A stretch of 64,000 bases of DNA from an uncultured Spirochaetota bacterium (GCA_963781885.1 CAWAHW010000006.1:1-64000); one strand, 5' to 3'; counted from the first letter of the stretch, positions 1-11,469 are shown. Translations and numbers: made by a program. The notes: generated by a model from the letters alone, not told the origin.

Positions 1-485
1 CTCTCGAATGCGACGAACGCGGCGCCGCTTCTTGACTAGGCCATAGCGTTTGAGCACCAAGGCGATCGTCGCCACCGAAGGCACCTTCCGCCGACCACCA
101 TACCTCTCCGTGAGCAGCTGAAAGATCTTCAGCGGACCCATGCGAGGCCACCTGCCTCGTATTCGTACGATTGCCCGCTCGATGCTCGGTGCAGTGCGGT
201 TCCACACCCGCCGCGGAGCCCGCGATTGCTCCTTGAGTCCCGCTACACCCCGCAACAGATAGCGCAGTATGTAGCGGTAACCTAAAGTACGGGAGATACC
301 ATAAGATTTGCACAGAGCAGTGAACGTGTGCTGGCCTGACTCCCACTCAAGAACGAAACTAGCCTTTTCGTCCATCGCTGACCGTTCCCTCCAGGGCATC
401 CCGCTCTCCTCTCGGAGAAAACGTCGCCCAAAAAAGTGTCAACGATGTGCTTAGAATTCTGTCAACGATGTGCTTAGACAGGACC
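1..485 (-). mobile_element. IS481-family element A, partial copy (transposase 5' end and terminal repeats)
   Basis: Matches the end of the full copies at 29687-31005 and 34262-35580; ends ...TTAGACAGGACC. Confidence 0.93.
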
Positions 486-651
486 TTGTTCCGCCTAACA
501 TAGAGTTCAGTACCCGGCCCGCATCAGAACAGCACCACACCGATTGGCACCGGCAGCGGGTCTATTCGACAAGATTTTAGCCCGGAGTACTGCAACGATT
601 TGTTATGATCATCCCGTACGAAAAGGAAGAAGTTCTGCAGCAAACTGCCCG

Positions 652-1353
652 CTATATTCTTCCATGCCATATAGCGGTTGCCTCTGGCACTACAGGCTCT
701 CCAATCTGCTTTGTTTCAGCACCAATCTCGTCACCAAAGAAAAACGTTACGAGATCCACGGCTTCCACTATATTGGAGAATCTGTAGTCGGTCCTGATTA
801 TTGCTTTCTTAAGGCCCAGATCTCTTTCAAAGTAGTCATACAGCAAAGCCGTTTGAGCAGGCACTTCATCCCAGATGTGCAGAGAACCCATTGTCTCAAT
901 TAGGACAATGGCCCCTCTGGGTCGCAGTATCCGTTTCATCTCGCGCAATATGGCCTCAAACTCGAAACGCCATTCGGGTTGCGCAATGTAGAACGCCCTC
1001 AGGAAGGCCCATCCCTCAATAATCAGATCTATGCTCTTGTCGGGGAGCGGTATGTCCTTATGTTCTCCCGGTAGAAAGTCCACATTCTTGACGCCAAGGC
1101 TCAGCTTTTTGGACTCTGCGACAAGTCGCATCCCGCCGACCGGTTCTATTCCATAGACGTGGCGTACAATCGGCGCAACGAGGAACGCAATTCTTCCGGT
1201 GCCGCTTCCCAAATCTGCGACGGCCTGCTCTCTGTTTAGACTGCCAAATTGCTTTATGCTGTGCAGAAGGTTTCCTTGGAAATCTTCTGCGGCGACAAAG
1301 CGATCATACTTTTCAGCATGATCGGCGAACATGGCATCATAGTCTGGCAGCAT
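652..1353 (-). CDS. Class I SAM-dependent methyltransferase
   Basis: VADLGSGTG motif I and ILRPRG; start refined to MLPDY. Confidence 0.85.
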   Translation of the reverse strand: MLPDYDAMFADHAEKYDRFVAAEDFQGNLLHSIKQFGSLNREQAVADLGSGTGRIAFLVAPIVRHVYGIEPVGGMRLVAESKKLSLGVKNVDFLPGEHKDIPLPDKSIDLIIEGWAFLRAFYIAQPEWRFEFEAILREMKRILRPRGAIVLIETMGSLHIWDEVPAQTALLYDYFERDLGLKKAIIRTDYRFSNIVEAVDLVTFFFGDEIGAETKQIGEPVVPEATAIWHGRI

Positions 1354-1729
1354 TCTTGCCTCTTCTTGCAGTAGAAATATATCCCCTATGCAAGGGAAAT
1401 ATCCTCGCAAAGAATTCTTGATTGATCATAACATAGAGTTGAGCACCCGGCCCGCATCAGACAAAAACCACAAAGATTGGCGCCGGAAGCGGGTCTAATG
1501 AACCAAATTCTAGCCCGGAGTGCTCCAACGATTTGTTATACGGCGCGTCTATCGACCCGCCCTGGATGTTTTCGAGAGAAATGTTCACAGCATCACACAG
1601 TCTAGTGAATCCCTTAATTTTTGGTCTTCAATGCCGCCTCTGATATTGAACCCTCTATGCCTTTCTTTTTTCGATCGTTTGTCTTTTCTTATTAGCGTTA
1701 GTATTTTGCGATCTTAAGGAGCAAAGGAG

Positions 1730-2194
1730 ATGTCATACATCGTTGATTATGAAAACGTTTCTACGGTCGGCCTTGAGACCTCACCTGTAGCTACAGCGCT
1801 CGCTGGGTTACGGGCGAATGAGGCACGATACTATAGGAACAAGTACAAACACGAGTTCGCTGTAGAGAAGGCATCGGCGAGCAAAGATGCACTGTCGTAT
1901 GTAAGCCAGATTCTCAAGAAGGAACGAGATATCGTTTTGGGCGCGAAGCCTCTGGAAACTGCCCGCTTTCAGGTTGAGGACATTCTAATGACCTATGTCT
2001 TTTACGAAAGCGGTCTTGCGGTCAATGTAATGTATACCCTTCATGATCCCAAAAAGCGGGCCGTTGGATTCAAGCTTTCTGAAGGGATGGAAGTCCCACC
2101 AGAGCTGGAAGGCAAGTTCAAGTTCGCCAAGCAGAAGTCCAAGCTTGCTGGAGCAATCCGGGGCTCGTTCTTCGTGATCAAGGGGGAATACTGA
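1730..2194 (+). CDS. Conserved hypothetical protein in a reverse-oriented cassette
   Basis: 154 aa ORF with AAGGAG RBS; sole ORF between the attC sites at 1426 and 2307. Confidence 0.75.
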   Translation: MSYIVDYENVSTVGLETSPVATALAGLRANEARYYRNKYKHEFAVEKASASKDALSYVSQILKKERDIVLGAKPLETARFQVEDILMTYVFYESGLAVNVMYTLHDPKKRAVGFKLSEGMEVPPELEGKFKFAKQKSKLAGAIRGSFFVIKGEY

Positions 2195-2414
2195 GACTCA
2201 GTTCAGTTTTCCAGAGAAAGCAACGGCCTACGTGCGCCTGCCAGTCCAGCTTTGCCTGCAAACAGTCGCAATAGAACACGATCAAAGCAATTGCTCAAGC
2301 AGCGCCGTATAACATAAAGTTGAGTACCCGGCCCGAATCAAAGAGCGAGATTGTGTACGAGGACGGCCCTGGCACTATGCAGTTGAAATCTCAGCCGGAG
2401 TACTCCAACGCTTT

Positions 2415-2697
2415 GTTATGTCCAAGGCAGAAATGGCTAGAATTCAAGACGATCCAAAGTCTATTCCTTTGTCAGGAATTGCGTTCCGCAGTCATAGCCG
2501 GAGCGGCCATGCCACGGTGCGCGCGAATGGTCAGACGGTGAGGCGCGGCAGAAAAGGTGCGGCAGTCGTCCCGAAAGCTTTCGGACCAATGGCCGCGTAG
2601 CTACAAAGGTTCCAGATAGACTTGAATTGTAGAAGACTCCGAAACCTTCCCCCGAGCCCACATGAAGGTGTAAGAGTCGAATTCCTTTGGACATAAC
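2415..2697. other. ORF-less cassette, diverged member of non-coding family 1 (candidate structured ncRNA)
   Basis: Shares ordered motifs with the 11744 family: AAGGCAGAA, ATTCCTTT, GAATTGCGT, GAGCGGC, TGCCACGGT, CTTTCGGACCA, GGCCGCG, GAAGACTC, GAAGGTG. Confidence 0.7.
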
Positions 2698-2824
2698 ATA
2701 GAGTTGACCAGCGCCGCCGCATCAACCAACCCCACCCGACGATTAGGAAAGCGTTGGGTCTAAACAGATAAAATCCCAGGCGACTGGTCCAACGATTTGT
2801 TAGGCTCTTCTGCTTTTCGGAGGC

Positions 2825-4195
2825 CTACTTGCGATTGATCCAATCTGCTATCGCGGTGACCACCTCTGCGGATACATGACCAGGGCTTTCGTATTCAGAA
2901 GGAGTGCTCATTCCTTTGCCAGCGATGAATAGATGATTCAGGTCTGGATAATACAGAAAGCTTACATTCCCCTGGGCTCCGAGGGCGTCCTTCCACCCGT
3001 TGAAATCTCTAGTGGTAACTTGGTAGTCTCGACCTCCCTGGAGAACAAGCAGTCGCTGTGTAAGATCCTTTGCGGTCGCGGTGGGGTTGTACGATCGCAA
3101 GTCCAGCCAATAGGCAGGTGCTGCGCCGAGAATCACCTCGTCCTTCGGATGATCAGAAAGGTGCGGATCCTTGACTTCGGCGACTTGTGCGGAGATTTCC
3201 GCCATTTGCTTCTTTTGGTCTTCAGTTGGCCCGCCGTTGAGGCTAAAGATGTAGTTCGTTTGTTCTACAACAAGGTCCTCCAACGGCCGGGTCGGTCCCG
3301 CAAGGATAACCAGGCCGGCGGCGTCTGGAAGGGCTTCTCCAATTCTGGGGATCAACATTCCTCCTAGGCTGTGGCCTAAGACATAGATAGCTTTTGGATC
3401 AACGTTCGGAATCATTTTCAGTAATCCAACGGCACTGACAGCGTCATCTATAACTTCTTCCTTTACGGTGAGATCCTTGATGAAATCAATCATTTTTGCG
3501 GCATATTGTTTTGTTCGCTTTTCGTACCGCAGCACAACGATTCCGCGCGAAGCCAACCCCCAGGCCATGTCTTTGAAAGGCTTATTTGGTCCAACAGTTT
3601 CATCTCGGTCGTTCGGTCCAGATCCAGCAACAAGTACAACTGCTGGAGCAGAAGTGACGCCATTAGGAATGGTCAGGGTTCCAGGAAGTGTCCATTCCCC
3701 GGATCCAACCAGAACATCTTTTTCCGAGAAGGACGCCGTGTTTATGTATGCGGGCGGTTTGTATACGATCGCAGCTTCCTGAGATTTACTAATCCAGAAC
3801 CCGCCTATCAACTTCTGACTGTCAAACACGAGCTTTATGTCAGCGTCCTGCTTGGAGAAGCGGCAGTGCACGATTACCGTCTTCTTTCCGGCTTCAATTG
3901 TGCTTGTTGTGCCGAGAACCTGCCTGAATTCCCCAAACATGGAAACGACTGTAGGCCATACTTGCTTGAACTTGTCTTCGGTGAGAGCCTTTTTCACGTC
4001 ATCATTGAAGTAGCTCGACAATCGCGGATAGTCATTTTGAGAGAAGATCGTCACGAATTGGATAGACGTAGACGTAAACTCGTCCGTGATCGCAGTAGAA
4101 GACGCGGCTTGCACTCCCGCAGGACTGCTGACGCAAGATAAGAAGCCGCAGACCACCACGGCTGCAATGGCGAAAGAGACAAACACACCTTTCAT
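2825..4195 (-). CDS. Lipoprotein alpha/beta hydrolase with DUF3887-like N-terminal domain
   Basis: Signal peptide with lipobox-like FLSC; GSGPNDRD, GHSLGG nucleophile, QGGRDYQV and LNHLF motifs. Confidence 0.88.
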   Translation of the reverse strand: MKGVFVSFAIAAVVVCGFLSCVSSPAGVQAASSTAITDEFTSTSIQFVTIFSQNDYPRLSSYFNDDVKKALTEDKFKQVWPTVVSMFGEFRQVLGTTSTIEAGKKTVIVHCRFSKQDADIKLVFDSQKLIGGFWISKSQEAAIVYKPPAYINTASFSEKDVLVGSGEWTLPGTLTIPNGVTSAPAVVLVAGSGPNDRDETVGPNKPFKDMAWGLASRGIVVLRYEKRTKQYAAKMIDFIKDLTVKEEVIDDAVSAVGLLKMIPNVDPKAIYVLGHSLGGMLIPRIGEALPDAAGLVILAGPTRPLEDLVVEQTNYIFSLNGGPTEDQKKQMAEISAQVAEVKDPHLSDHPKDEVILGAAPAYWLDLRSYNPTATAKDLTQRLLVLQGGRDYQVTTRDFNGWKDALGAQGNVSFLYYPDLNHLFIAGKGMSTPSEYESPGHVSAEVVTAIADWINRK

Positions 4196-4810
4196 GCTAC
4201 GCTCCTTTGCGTATCCAGTATATGTGCCCAAGAAGAGCCTAACATAGAGTTGAGCACCCGGCCCGAATCAGACAAAAATCACAAAGATTTGCCCCGGAAG
4301 CGGGTCTAATGGAACAAATTCTGGCCCGGAGTGCTCCAACGATTTGTTATGCGTTTTACAGTTCTCCGTCAATTGTATCAATAGATTTTGCCCAAGGAAT
4401 CCTCCCGATGCACGTCAATAAGCATGAAACGGAGCTCATGTTCGCCCGGTCGAGAGCCGCACCTTTGGCAACGGCCAGCTTGCATAGAGTTCATCTACAA
4501 CTCACTCCACCTTCTCCTCGAAGAGCTTCTCCATACTGCTCGGCTAGATGTGACGTAGGACGGACTCAGTGGAGCCGTTGACATGCGTAAAAGGGGTATA
4601 GGCGACCGTCGATTTACCCAATTGATCCGCATCTGCCAGATCGTTTTGCACAAAGAGATCAAGCAACAAACGGCATTATGCCAGCACGTATCAAGGTCAA
4701 TGCGAGACCTTGGGAGCAGGGCGTATTAGGATCCGGACGTTTGGAAGTAGAAAGTTTTGCCTGCGGTGATTCCGTCTGCATCTCCGGAGGCAAAATGCTT
4801 TGCCCTGCTA

Positions 4811-6182
4811 TCACGGCGCTGAATCAAGAGCCTTTAGGCGAGTTTGAATATCTGCGAGACGATCTTCGTTTGGCGCAGGCATGCTAGGGATCACGGCGAA
4901 TTGCAACGCGCCCAGTATTCCGACCAGGGCGCCGACTCCGAGCATGCCATACCCCTCATACTGGAAGACATTCGCGGTTATGGCACCTTGAGGGAACATG
5001 CTGCCAAGATAGACAAAGGCCCCTCCGATCGCCCCCCAGTAGAGAAAGTTGCCTAGAGCGCTCGCACCTCTGATCTTTGCGTCACCAATGTTTTTGCTTG
5101 CTAAAGCGATCTCCAGAGAAATCTTTGTTTCTTCTGATAGGAGCACAGCTCTCTGGGCAGCACGGCTGGGCTGAAGGTCCGGAGAGAAAACGATGATTCC
5201 CCCCGGGGTTCCCTCAATTCTTGCTGTATAGGGATCAAAATCCGGGTGCCTGAGCCCGATCTGGTGCGCTCCAGCGGGAAGACTCACCGACAAGGGGCTC
5301 ACGCCGATTTGCAGGCCATCAATGGAAACATCCATCCCGGCGACTTTTGTCTGGATGCTCAAGCTGAATGCATCTGCTGAAGCATTCGAGCTCTTTTTTC
5401 GATTCCTCAGCCGTCGGGGTGAAATAAAAGTTATCCGTCAATGAGCTTGAAACGAATGGGACCTGCAGTTCGCCTGTTGCGGAGGCCACGTCGCGTCTTA
5501 CCTGGTTGAGAAGTGAATTGATCTCCAGACCCTGGGTGCGGATGTACTTGAGAAGGGTCTCTGTGAATAAGCCATTGTGGCCAGCACCATCGCTTGCCAC
5601 TTGGCCGGGACCCGTTGAAAAGACAACCATTGTGGAGAGTTGCGTCTTTTGAATGGTCAGCCCGCGACTCATGGTCCGAGTCGTCCGCGTGAAAGGATTG
5701 TCCCTGCAGGCGTCCAGTATGAGAAGGGCGTTTTTGGGCCGGACGGCACTCACACGCCCAAGGATATCGTCCACTGCAACGCCCTTCGACTTGACATCCT
5801 CCGGCGTCTGGGGCGCAAGGTCGATAGGGATGATGTAATTTCTTCCTTCGATCTGAATTCCATGTCCGGCATAGAAAACCAGGGCTGTATCGCCGACCTG
5901 AATTGAGGCGGCAAAATCATCCAAGGCCTTGAGTATGGCTTTCTGCCCGCCGTTGACAAGAAGGGTGGCTTGGAACCCAAGAGATGTGAGGGTCGAGGCC
6001 ATATCCCGGGCGTCGTTTTCGGGATTGATGAGCGGGGCTGATGGATATGCAAAGTTGCCTATGACCAACGCCTTACGCCCTGAGTCAGCCCATCCGGCAC
6101 ATACGGCAGAAATGAGGACGAGCGCAATCACGATAGCCTTGGGGACGTACAGACCGTAACGATTCAAGCTGGCTATTCTCAT
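4811..6182 (-). CDS. Caspase-family (peptidase C14) protein with PEGA domain and C-terminal TM helices; frameshift at the A6 run near 5395
   Basis: Signal peptide, ALVIGN, FYAGHG and LDACR dyad (5319-6182); the PEGA/TM part (4811-5362) continues in the +1 frame. Confidence 0.8.
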
Positions 6183-7582
6183 TTGTTCTTCTCCAATTTG
6201 TCAAGCGCGGCATCAATTGCCGCCAATGGATCGTCGTAGGCCTTTGTGCTGGCTTTGGGGGCAAAGTATAGGTAGGCCAGCCCAGCGAGGGCGCCGATTC
6301 CCAAAGAGATACCTGAAGCAATTCCCATCTCGCTTGAAGTGACACCTCGAATCGGACTGCTGGGATCAGACGGATTTCCGTTTTGTTCTACGGTCCAGGT
6401 GATTCCTGTAAAGATAAGGAGGCTTGCGGATACCCCCATCCCACCCCAAAAGGTATCCTTGGAAAGTTCTTTCGCCGCGGCTGCCGGGAGTGAAGCGGCA
6501 GCAAAGGCGCTGCGCTTGCGAACCAGATCCTGCTTTTCGACGAGCAGCTCCGAGATCTGGAAGTTTCGATTAGGCAGCAATTGAGGGGTCGACACGACGC
6601 GTTGCAGAGGAGAACCCGTCACGTCTTCCTCGAGACTCTCTTTCAATGGGTGGCGATAGAGAACATGGTGAGGTCCTGAGGGGAGCTCTAGCTCGAAATG
6701 GGCGCGACACCTGCACGGACTCCATCAACGAAGACCTCGAGCCCTTCCAAACTGCTTTCAACGGAGAAGGAAAAGGTTGATCCGCTAAATGCGGCGTTGG
6801 CTGTTCCGGGCAGGAAATACCAGTCGTCAAGAAGTGCATTCGTCGCAACCGGAACCAGACGTGAGGTCGATAGTGAGGCTTTGCGAACGCTATTGATGAT
6901 TTGATTCAGCTCAAGGCCAGGAAACCTGAGCGCGCTTGCAAGCGTTTTGGTGAAGGTGCCGATCTTGCCGTCGAACGTCGCGACTTTCCCCTGCTCCGCC
7001 CGCGTACAGCATCAGGGTATTCGGAAGCCCTCCTGTGAGTGAAAAGCCCGCGCTGACCTTGTCGATCGAAAGGACGGGATGATTTCGGTTCCCATCGATA
7101 AAAACTGCAAGCGATACTCCCTTTGCTCCCAAGCCGGCGCAGAGTCGGTCGAGCGGCATGGCTTCGAACTCTATGTCCGCTGCTGACCGTATTAATGCAT
7201 TCGTCGGAAGGAGATAATTTACGCCCTCATAGGAAAAACCGACACCTGAATAATAGATGCAAACCCTGTCGCTTGAAGTTGGACGTTCCTCGAAGGTTTG
7301 GATAAGTTCGGCTAGCTCGCGTCGGCCTAGGTCCTGCTTGAAAACGACCTGAAACCCATCTTGAGTAAGGGCCTTCTCCATGAGTCGTCCTTCATCGAGG
7401 GCTTCGGGAATATTCAGGTCTGCGTACTTGCTCTCGACAATGACAAGGCCATAGTCCGCAGAATGCAACGGTGAAGCGCTGGCGATGATCAAGAGTGAGG
7501 CGAAGAAGAGGGAGAGCATGAATTGCGTGGTGCAAGATATTGTCCGATAGTTCCCAAATGAATTGCCACTTGTACCAATCAT
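6179..7582 (-). pseudogene. Paralogous caspase-like + PEGA + TM gene with degenerate catalytic dyad and multiple frameshifts
   Basis: YYSGVG and IDGNR replace YAGHG and LDACR. The shifted frame after ~6985 reads GKVATFDGKIGTFTKTL...LEVFVDGV (PEGA) and then joins 6179-6646. Confidence 0.7.
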
Positions 7583-8329
7583 AGGCTCTCCTCCGCTTCT
7601 GCTCCCAGTTTAGAGTGACGGAGCTGTTTGTCAAGGCAGATTGGAATCATACCCATCTCGAGATCCTCCTTCGAAGCCATTTTTCGCATTGCACTCGCGT
7701 CGCTTTTTCTGCCATGGGCGATAACATCCAACAGTACTCCCTCGTCCTCCACATATTCGGGACAGGCTCGGCTACCCAGTCGGCTCGACAAGAAGACGGA
7801 ACTGTCCTATCTTGCCGAAGATGGCCGCAAACAACTCGCGCGAGACCGGGACTTCGGGCATTTTGAAATGTAACGAGCATGGCAAATTGCCTTTGCCCCG
7901 GTTTTGATCACCTTCCACCAAGGTGCTGTCATCGTCAAAGGCTCCACGCTCTTCGGAAGCGTAGTCTAGCGGAAAAAGCTTCCCAGGTTGCATGCGAGAG
8001 CGAAGAACCTATTGGATGAGCCAAACGTCGCGGTGGTGATTATGCAAGTCAATGATTATGCGAGCCAAATAGTGGAAAACAGCGATCGTTTGGTCGAGGT
8101 CAAGCATTCCATCTATGTCATCTACAGATTTGGGCCCTTACGTCGCATAGAACTTGCGAATCCATCGAAGGACCATTTTGTGCAAAACGCATAACATAGA
8201 GTTCAGCACCCGGCCCGCATCAGACAGCACCACACCGATTGGCACCGGCGGCGGGTCAATTGGAGCAGATTCTGCCTGGAGTGCTGCAACGACTTGTTAG
8301 AAGGCGCCTTCACCAGCCGGCCTATTGCC

Positions 8330-9184
8330 CTATGCGCCAGTCCATGTGCTGATGTATTCAAGCCCTTCCACTTCTTTTCTTGAAGTATTTGTACTCCACC
8401 TACCGGATAGGCCAAGCTGGTTCGCTGCGAGTTGGAAATGGCACATAGCTATGCCCATGTCTAAATGCTGGATCTTGACTTCACCGAATGAGTTATTGTA
8501 CGCCCTGTTTTCCATTAAAAACAAATGGTAGATGCTTTTTCCAGGTTCCTTGATGACTCTCCAAGGCTGTCGATTTGACGCGGATGGTCCCCCGCGTACA
8601 CATTCCAGAACCTTTTCGTACCCGCCAATAGTGGCATTGTTAATTGGATTGGATGCGTCTCCCTCAAAGAAGAGTTCACCGAATGCTTTGCGCCTTCGTA
8701 TCCCCTTCTTCATGCCAAGGATGCTAACAATGGGGGAACTATTCCCTCCAAGATATCCTAACGGCGTCACAGCGGGAACAATTTCCTCATTCCCCACGCT
8801 TGCAAGCTCCGCGAACTTGCTTCGATTGAGCGATCCTCCTATCCAGCAAGTTCCGAGGCCGAGATCCGTTGCTTCAAGGATCGCCAACTCCATGCAGTAT
8901 CCTGCATCTTCCATGGCTCTAGGACCGCGCCCCACTATTGCTACAAGATACGTTCTAGCCCCTCGTATCATTCCGTATGTTCCAAGGCCCTTCAGTTCCC
9001 TAAGATCAAATCCCTCCACATCCACCATCATGAAGCGTACTGTGCCGCCAAACGGCCCGTCTTGATGTGCACGAGCTCGTCTTAAAAGCTCATCTTTGAG
9101 TTCCTGGTCTACAGGACGACTCGAAAACGCCCTAATTGACGTACGCTTTTGCATGGTTTGGATGGCAGAAGTTGTGATTGGCAC
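8330..9184 (-). CDS. Nitroreductase family protein
   Basis: RTSIRAF, GLGTCWIG and PSASNRQPW motifs. Confidence 0.9.
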   Translation of the reverse strand: MPITTSAIQTMQKRTSIRAFSSRPVDQELKDELLRRARAHQDGPFGGTVRFMMVDVEGFDLRELKGLGTYGMIRGARTYLVAIVGRGPRAMEDAGYCMELAILEATDLGLGTCWIGGSLNRSKFAELASVGNEEIVPAVTPLGYLGGNSSPIVSILGMKKGIRRRKAFGELFFEGDASNPINNATIGGYEKVLECVRGGPSASNRQPWRVIKEPGKSIYHLFLMENRAYNNSFGEVKIQHLDMGIAMCHFQLAANQLGLSGRWSTNTSRKEVEGLEYISTWTGA

Positions 9185-9475
9185 GCCCTTACCTCATCTG
9201 GATATGTAGTAATAACCGATTATACAATGCAGTCCTTCGCTACTGCTACTACACAGCCCACAAGTCACTTTCGGTATTCTACGCACAATTTGTTCCCACC
9301 CTGCAGAGTTTCCCTTGCGCCTTCTAACATAGAGTTCAGTACCCGGCCCGCATCAGAACCAAGGCACGCCGATTTGCTCCGGAGCTGGGTCTTTCCTACC
9401 AAATTCACGCCGGAGTACTGCAACGATTTGTTAGATGGCGTCTCTAAGAAACCGACGTAAGGTTACTTTTCCTAC

Positions 9476-10252
9476 CTATTTGTTGACGTGGTAGGCAGGA
9501 GACAAATCCAAGTAAGGGCTCGGTAAATTGACACTCTCGTTGTGGGACTCGACATCCCATTCAGGCAAAAAGACTTCTGGTATGATCAATTCGATGCTCT
9601 TGTTGGCAACCGAGATATTGAAATCATAAATTCCAGGGCCATTGAAGCCTTGACTGAACGTCGTGGTTTTTCCATCCCCAAAGGTCAAGGTGACCGAGCC
9701 TACGGCCACGACAGCATCCGTAAGGGCAATATTGCCTGGCTGTACAGTTCCAGACCACTGGCCTTCTGGAATACCGCGGATTTGAAGCACGACCTTTACC
9801 AAAGTATTGTCTTTGGTTCCTACACCATTGCCGTTGATGCTGTCGAATGCCACGATAAATCCATTTCCGCGAGTTACCCAAGATCCAGTTGGTCCATCCT
9901 TTGGTTTCGTGAGAGTCTCGGGTCCTGCCAAGACATGCTTGATTTGAAAATGAGTAGTCGTTAAGTCACTATCAGCGAATCCGGGCTTTTTCTGAACGAC
10001 GGTTACATCTACATCATCGATAAAGTATTGCGGAGTTTGAGGACTGTAGGGGACTATTTCCTTGCCGCCATCAAGCGAATAATACGCGGTAGCGCCCGGA
10101 TCCGCGGCGATGATGAGCTCAGCAGGCGACCTTCCGTCGTTGTTTACGCTAACCTCGGGTGGTTGAAGCTTCTTCGGGGCGCAGTTGGACAAGAGCAAAG
10201 TGACAGAAGCGACGGTGACAAAGGCATATGGGAGAGCTTTGCAACGAGACAT
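9476..10252 (-). CDS. Hypothetical lipoprotein
   Basis: Signal peptide ending LSNC, YYSLDG FN3-like segment, GGAGG RBS. Confidence 0.7.
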   Translation of the reverse strand: MSRCKALPYAFVTVASVTLLLSNCAPKKLQPPEVSVNNDGRSPAELIIAADPGATAYYSLDGGKEIVPYSPQTPQYFIDDVDVTVVQKKPGFADSDLTTTHFQIKHVLAGPETLTKPKDGPTGSWVTRGNGFIVAFDSINGNGVGTKDNTLVKVVLQIRGIPEGQWSGTVQPGNIALTDAVVAVGSVTLTFGDGKTTTFSQGFNGPGIYDFNISVANKSIELIIPEVFLPEWDVESHNESVNLPSPYLDLSPAYHVNK

Positions 10253-10439
10253 TTTCTACCTCCTTTTGTTAAAAACAGTATGTGCGCGGCCTTTGCGCCA
10301 TCTAACATAGAGTTCAGTACCCGGCCCGCATCAGAACGGCACCACACCGACTTGCACCGGCAGCGGGTCTTTTCGGAGGAATTCACGCCGGAGTACTGCA
10401 ACGATTTGTTATGCCCTTCCTCCATTTGCCGGCACTTTG

Positions 10440-10874
10440 CTATTTGTGCTCTACTATTTCATAGTTCCAGGTGATCTTTGTCGATGCCTTTAGCATTGCC
10501 CAGACGGGACAGAGTTTGTCCTCGGCCTCTGCGATGGCCTTTTCAACTACTGCCCCAGTCAGGTTGTTTCCAAAGAAGCGATAGTGCAGGTCGATAGCGG
10601 TCAGAACGGTTGGATGCGATTCAACTCGTCTCTGGCCAACGGCTTCTATTTCGATGTTTTCTACCTTCATTCCTTGCTTTGAGAACAAGTACAGCATGGT
10701 CTGCCCACTGCAGCTACAGAGGCTTGTCATTAGCAGCTCCAGTGAGGTGAAGCCATTTCCATCCCCCAAAGGGGGTGCATAGTCAATCGGCACTTCATAA
10801 AGACCCCGTACCGATCCGGTAAGTTGCATCTTTCCGGACAGTCCGCCGACCTTGACTTTGAGTTCAGTTGGCAA
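10440..10874 (-). CDS. OsmC family protein
   Basis: ELLMTSLCSC and CPVW cysteines; GAGGAGG RBS. Confidence 0.88.
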   Translation of the reverse strand: MPTELKVKVGGLSGKMQLTGSVRGLYEVPIDYAPPLGDGNGFTSLELLMTSLCSCSGQTMLYLFSKQGMKVENIEIEAVGQRRVESHPTVLTAIDLHYRFFGNNLTGAVVEKAIAEAEDKLCPVWAMLKASTKITWNYEIVEHK

Positions 10875-10899
10875 GATGGGCCTCCTCGGTGAATGTTAA

Positions 10900-11469
10900 G
10901 TGAGACTTGATAACCCACCGCCTATGGCGGTGGTGATGTCCTGATGGCTATGCCGTAAGACGGAATGCGAATAAAATCGAAACATGACGAAATGAAAAAA
11001 ACAATCGCACGTGGTCTACCAGTGCAGCTATCACATAGTATGGTGCCCCAAGTATAGATTTCGAATACTTGAAGGTGCTGTAGCGAAGTACGTCGAAGGA
11101 CGTATCAGGGCGATCTGCGAATGGAAGGATAGTGGAATAGAGGAACTGAATGTGATGAAAGATCATGTGCATCTGGTGGTAAACGTTCCTCCAAGGGTAT
11201 CGATATCAGAACTGATGGGGATTTTGAAGGGCAAGACAGCAATAGGAATATTTCAAAACTACAAGAGCTTGAAGCGGAAACCATACTGGGGAAATCATTT
11301 CTGGAGCCGCGGCTATTGCGTAACGACGATAGGGCTGGATGAAGAGAAGATACGTCGCTACGTACGATACCAGGAAGAAAACGAGCGGCTCGAAGAGAAA
11401 GAGCACGAAGAAGCAGGCCTCTTTTAGAGGCCGGGGTTCAAAACCACCTCCTCTGGAGGTCGATGCTTT
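10900..11469 (+). mobile_element. IS200/IS605-family element (tnpA only); ends approximate
   Basis: Subterminal hairpins CCACCGCC-TAT-GGCGGTGG (~10915-10933) and ACCTCC-TCT-GGAGGT (~11446-11460) flank tnpA. It is inserted upstream of the OsmC gene. Confidence 0.85.
11011..11427 (+). CDS. tnpA: Y1 HUH transposase
   Basis: YHIVWCPKYR, DHVHL (HUH), FWSRGY and YVRYQ motifs. Confidence 0.93.
   Translation: MVYQCSYHIVWCPKYRFRILEGAVAKYVEGRIRAICEWKDSGIEELNVMKDHVHLVVNVPPRVSISELMGILKGKTAIGIFQNYKSLKRKPYWGNHFWSRGYCVTTIGLDEEKIRRYVRYQEENERLEEKEHEEAGLF

Noticed and set aside
2933-4141. Long + strand ORFs overlapping the hydrolase (also shadows of other genes and transposases)
   Set aside because: Antisense shadow ORFs of well-supported genes.
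5390-5402. Programmed -1 frameshift at A-AAA-AAG in the caspase gene
   Set aside because: Joining the PEGA part needs a +1 shift, so the heptamer is in the wrong frame. A homopolymer indel is simpler.
7579-7993. Short minus-strand ORFs upstream of the pseudo-caspase
   Set aside because: No recognisable motifs. They may be a decayed third gene, but this is unsupported.
10144-10425. Recurring ORFs containing NIEFSTRPAS, NKSLQYSG or MLQRFV
   Set aside because: These are translations of the attC repeat itself; starts, lengths and flanks vary.
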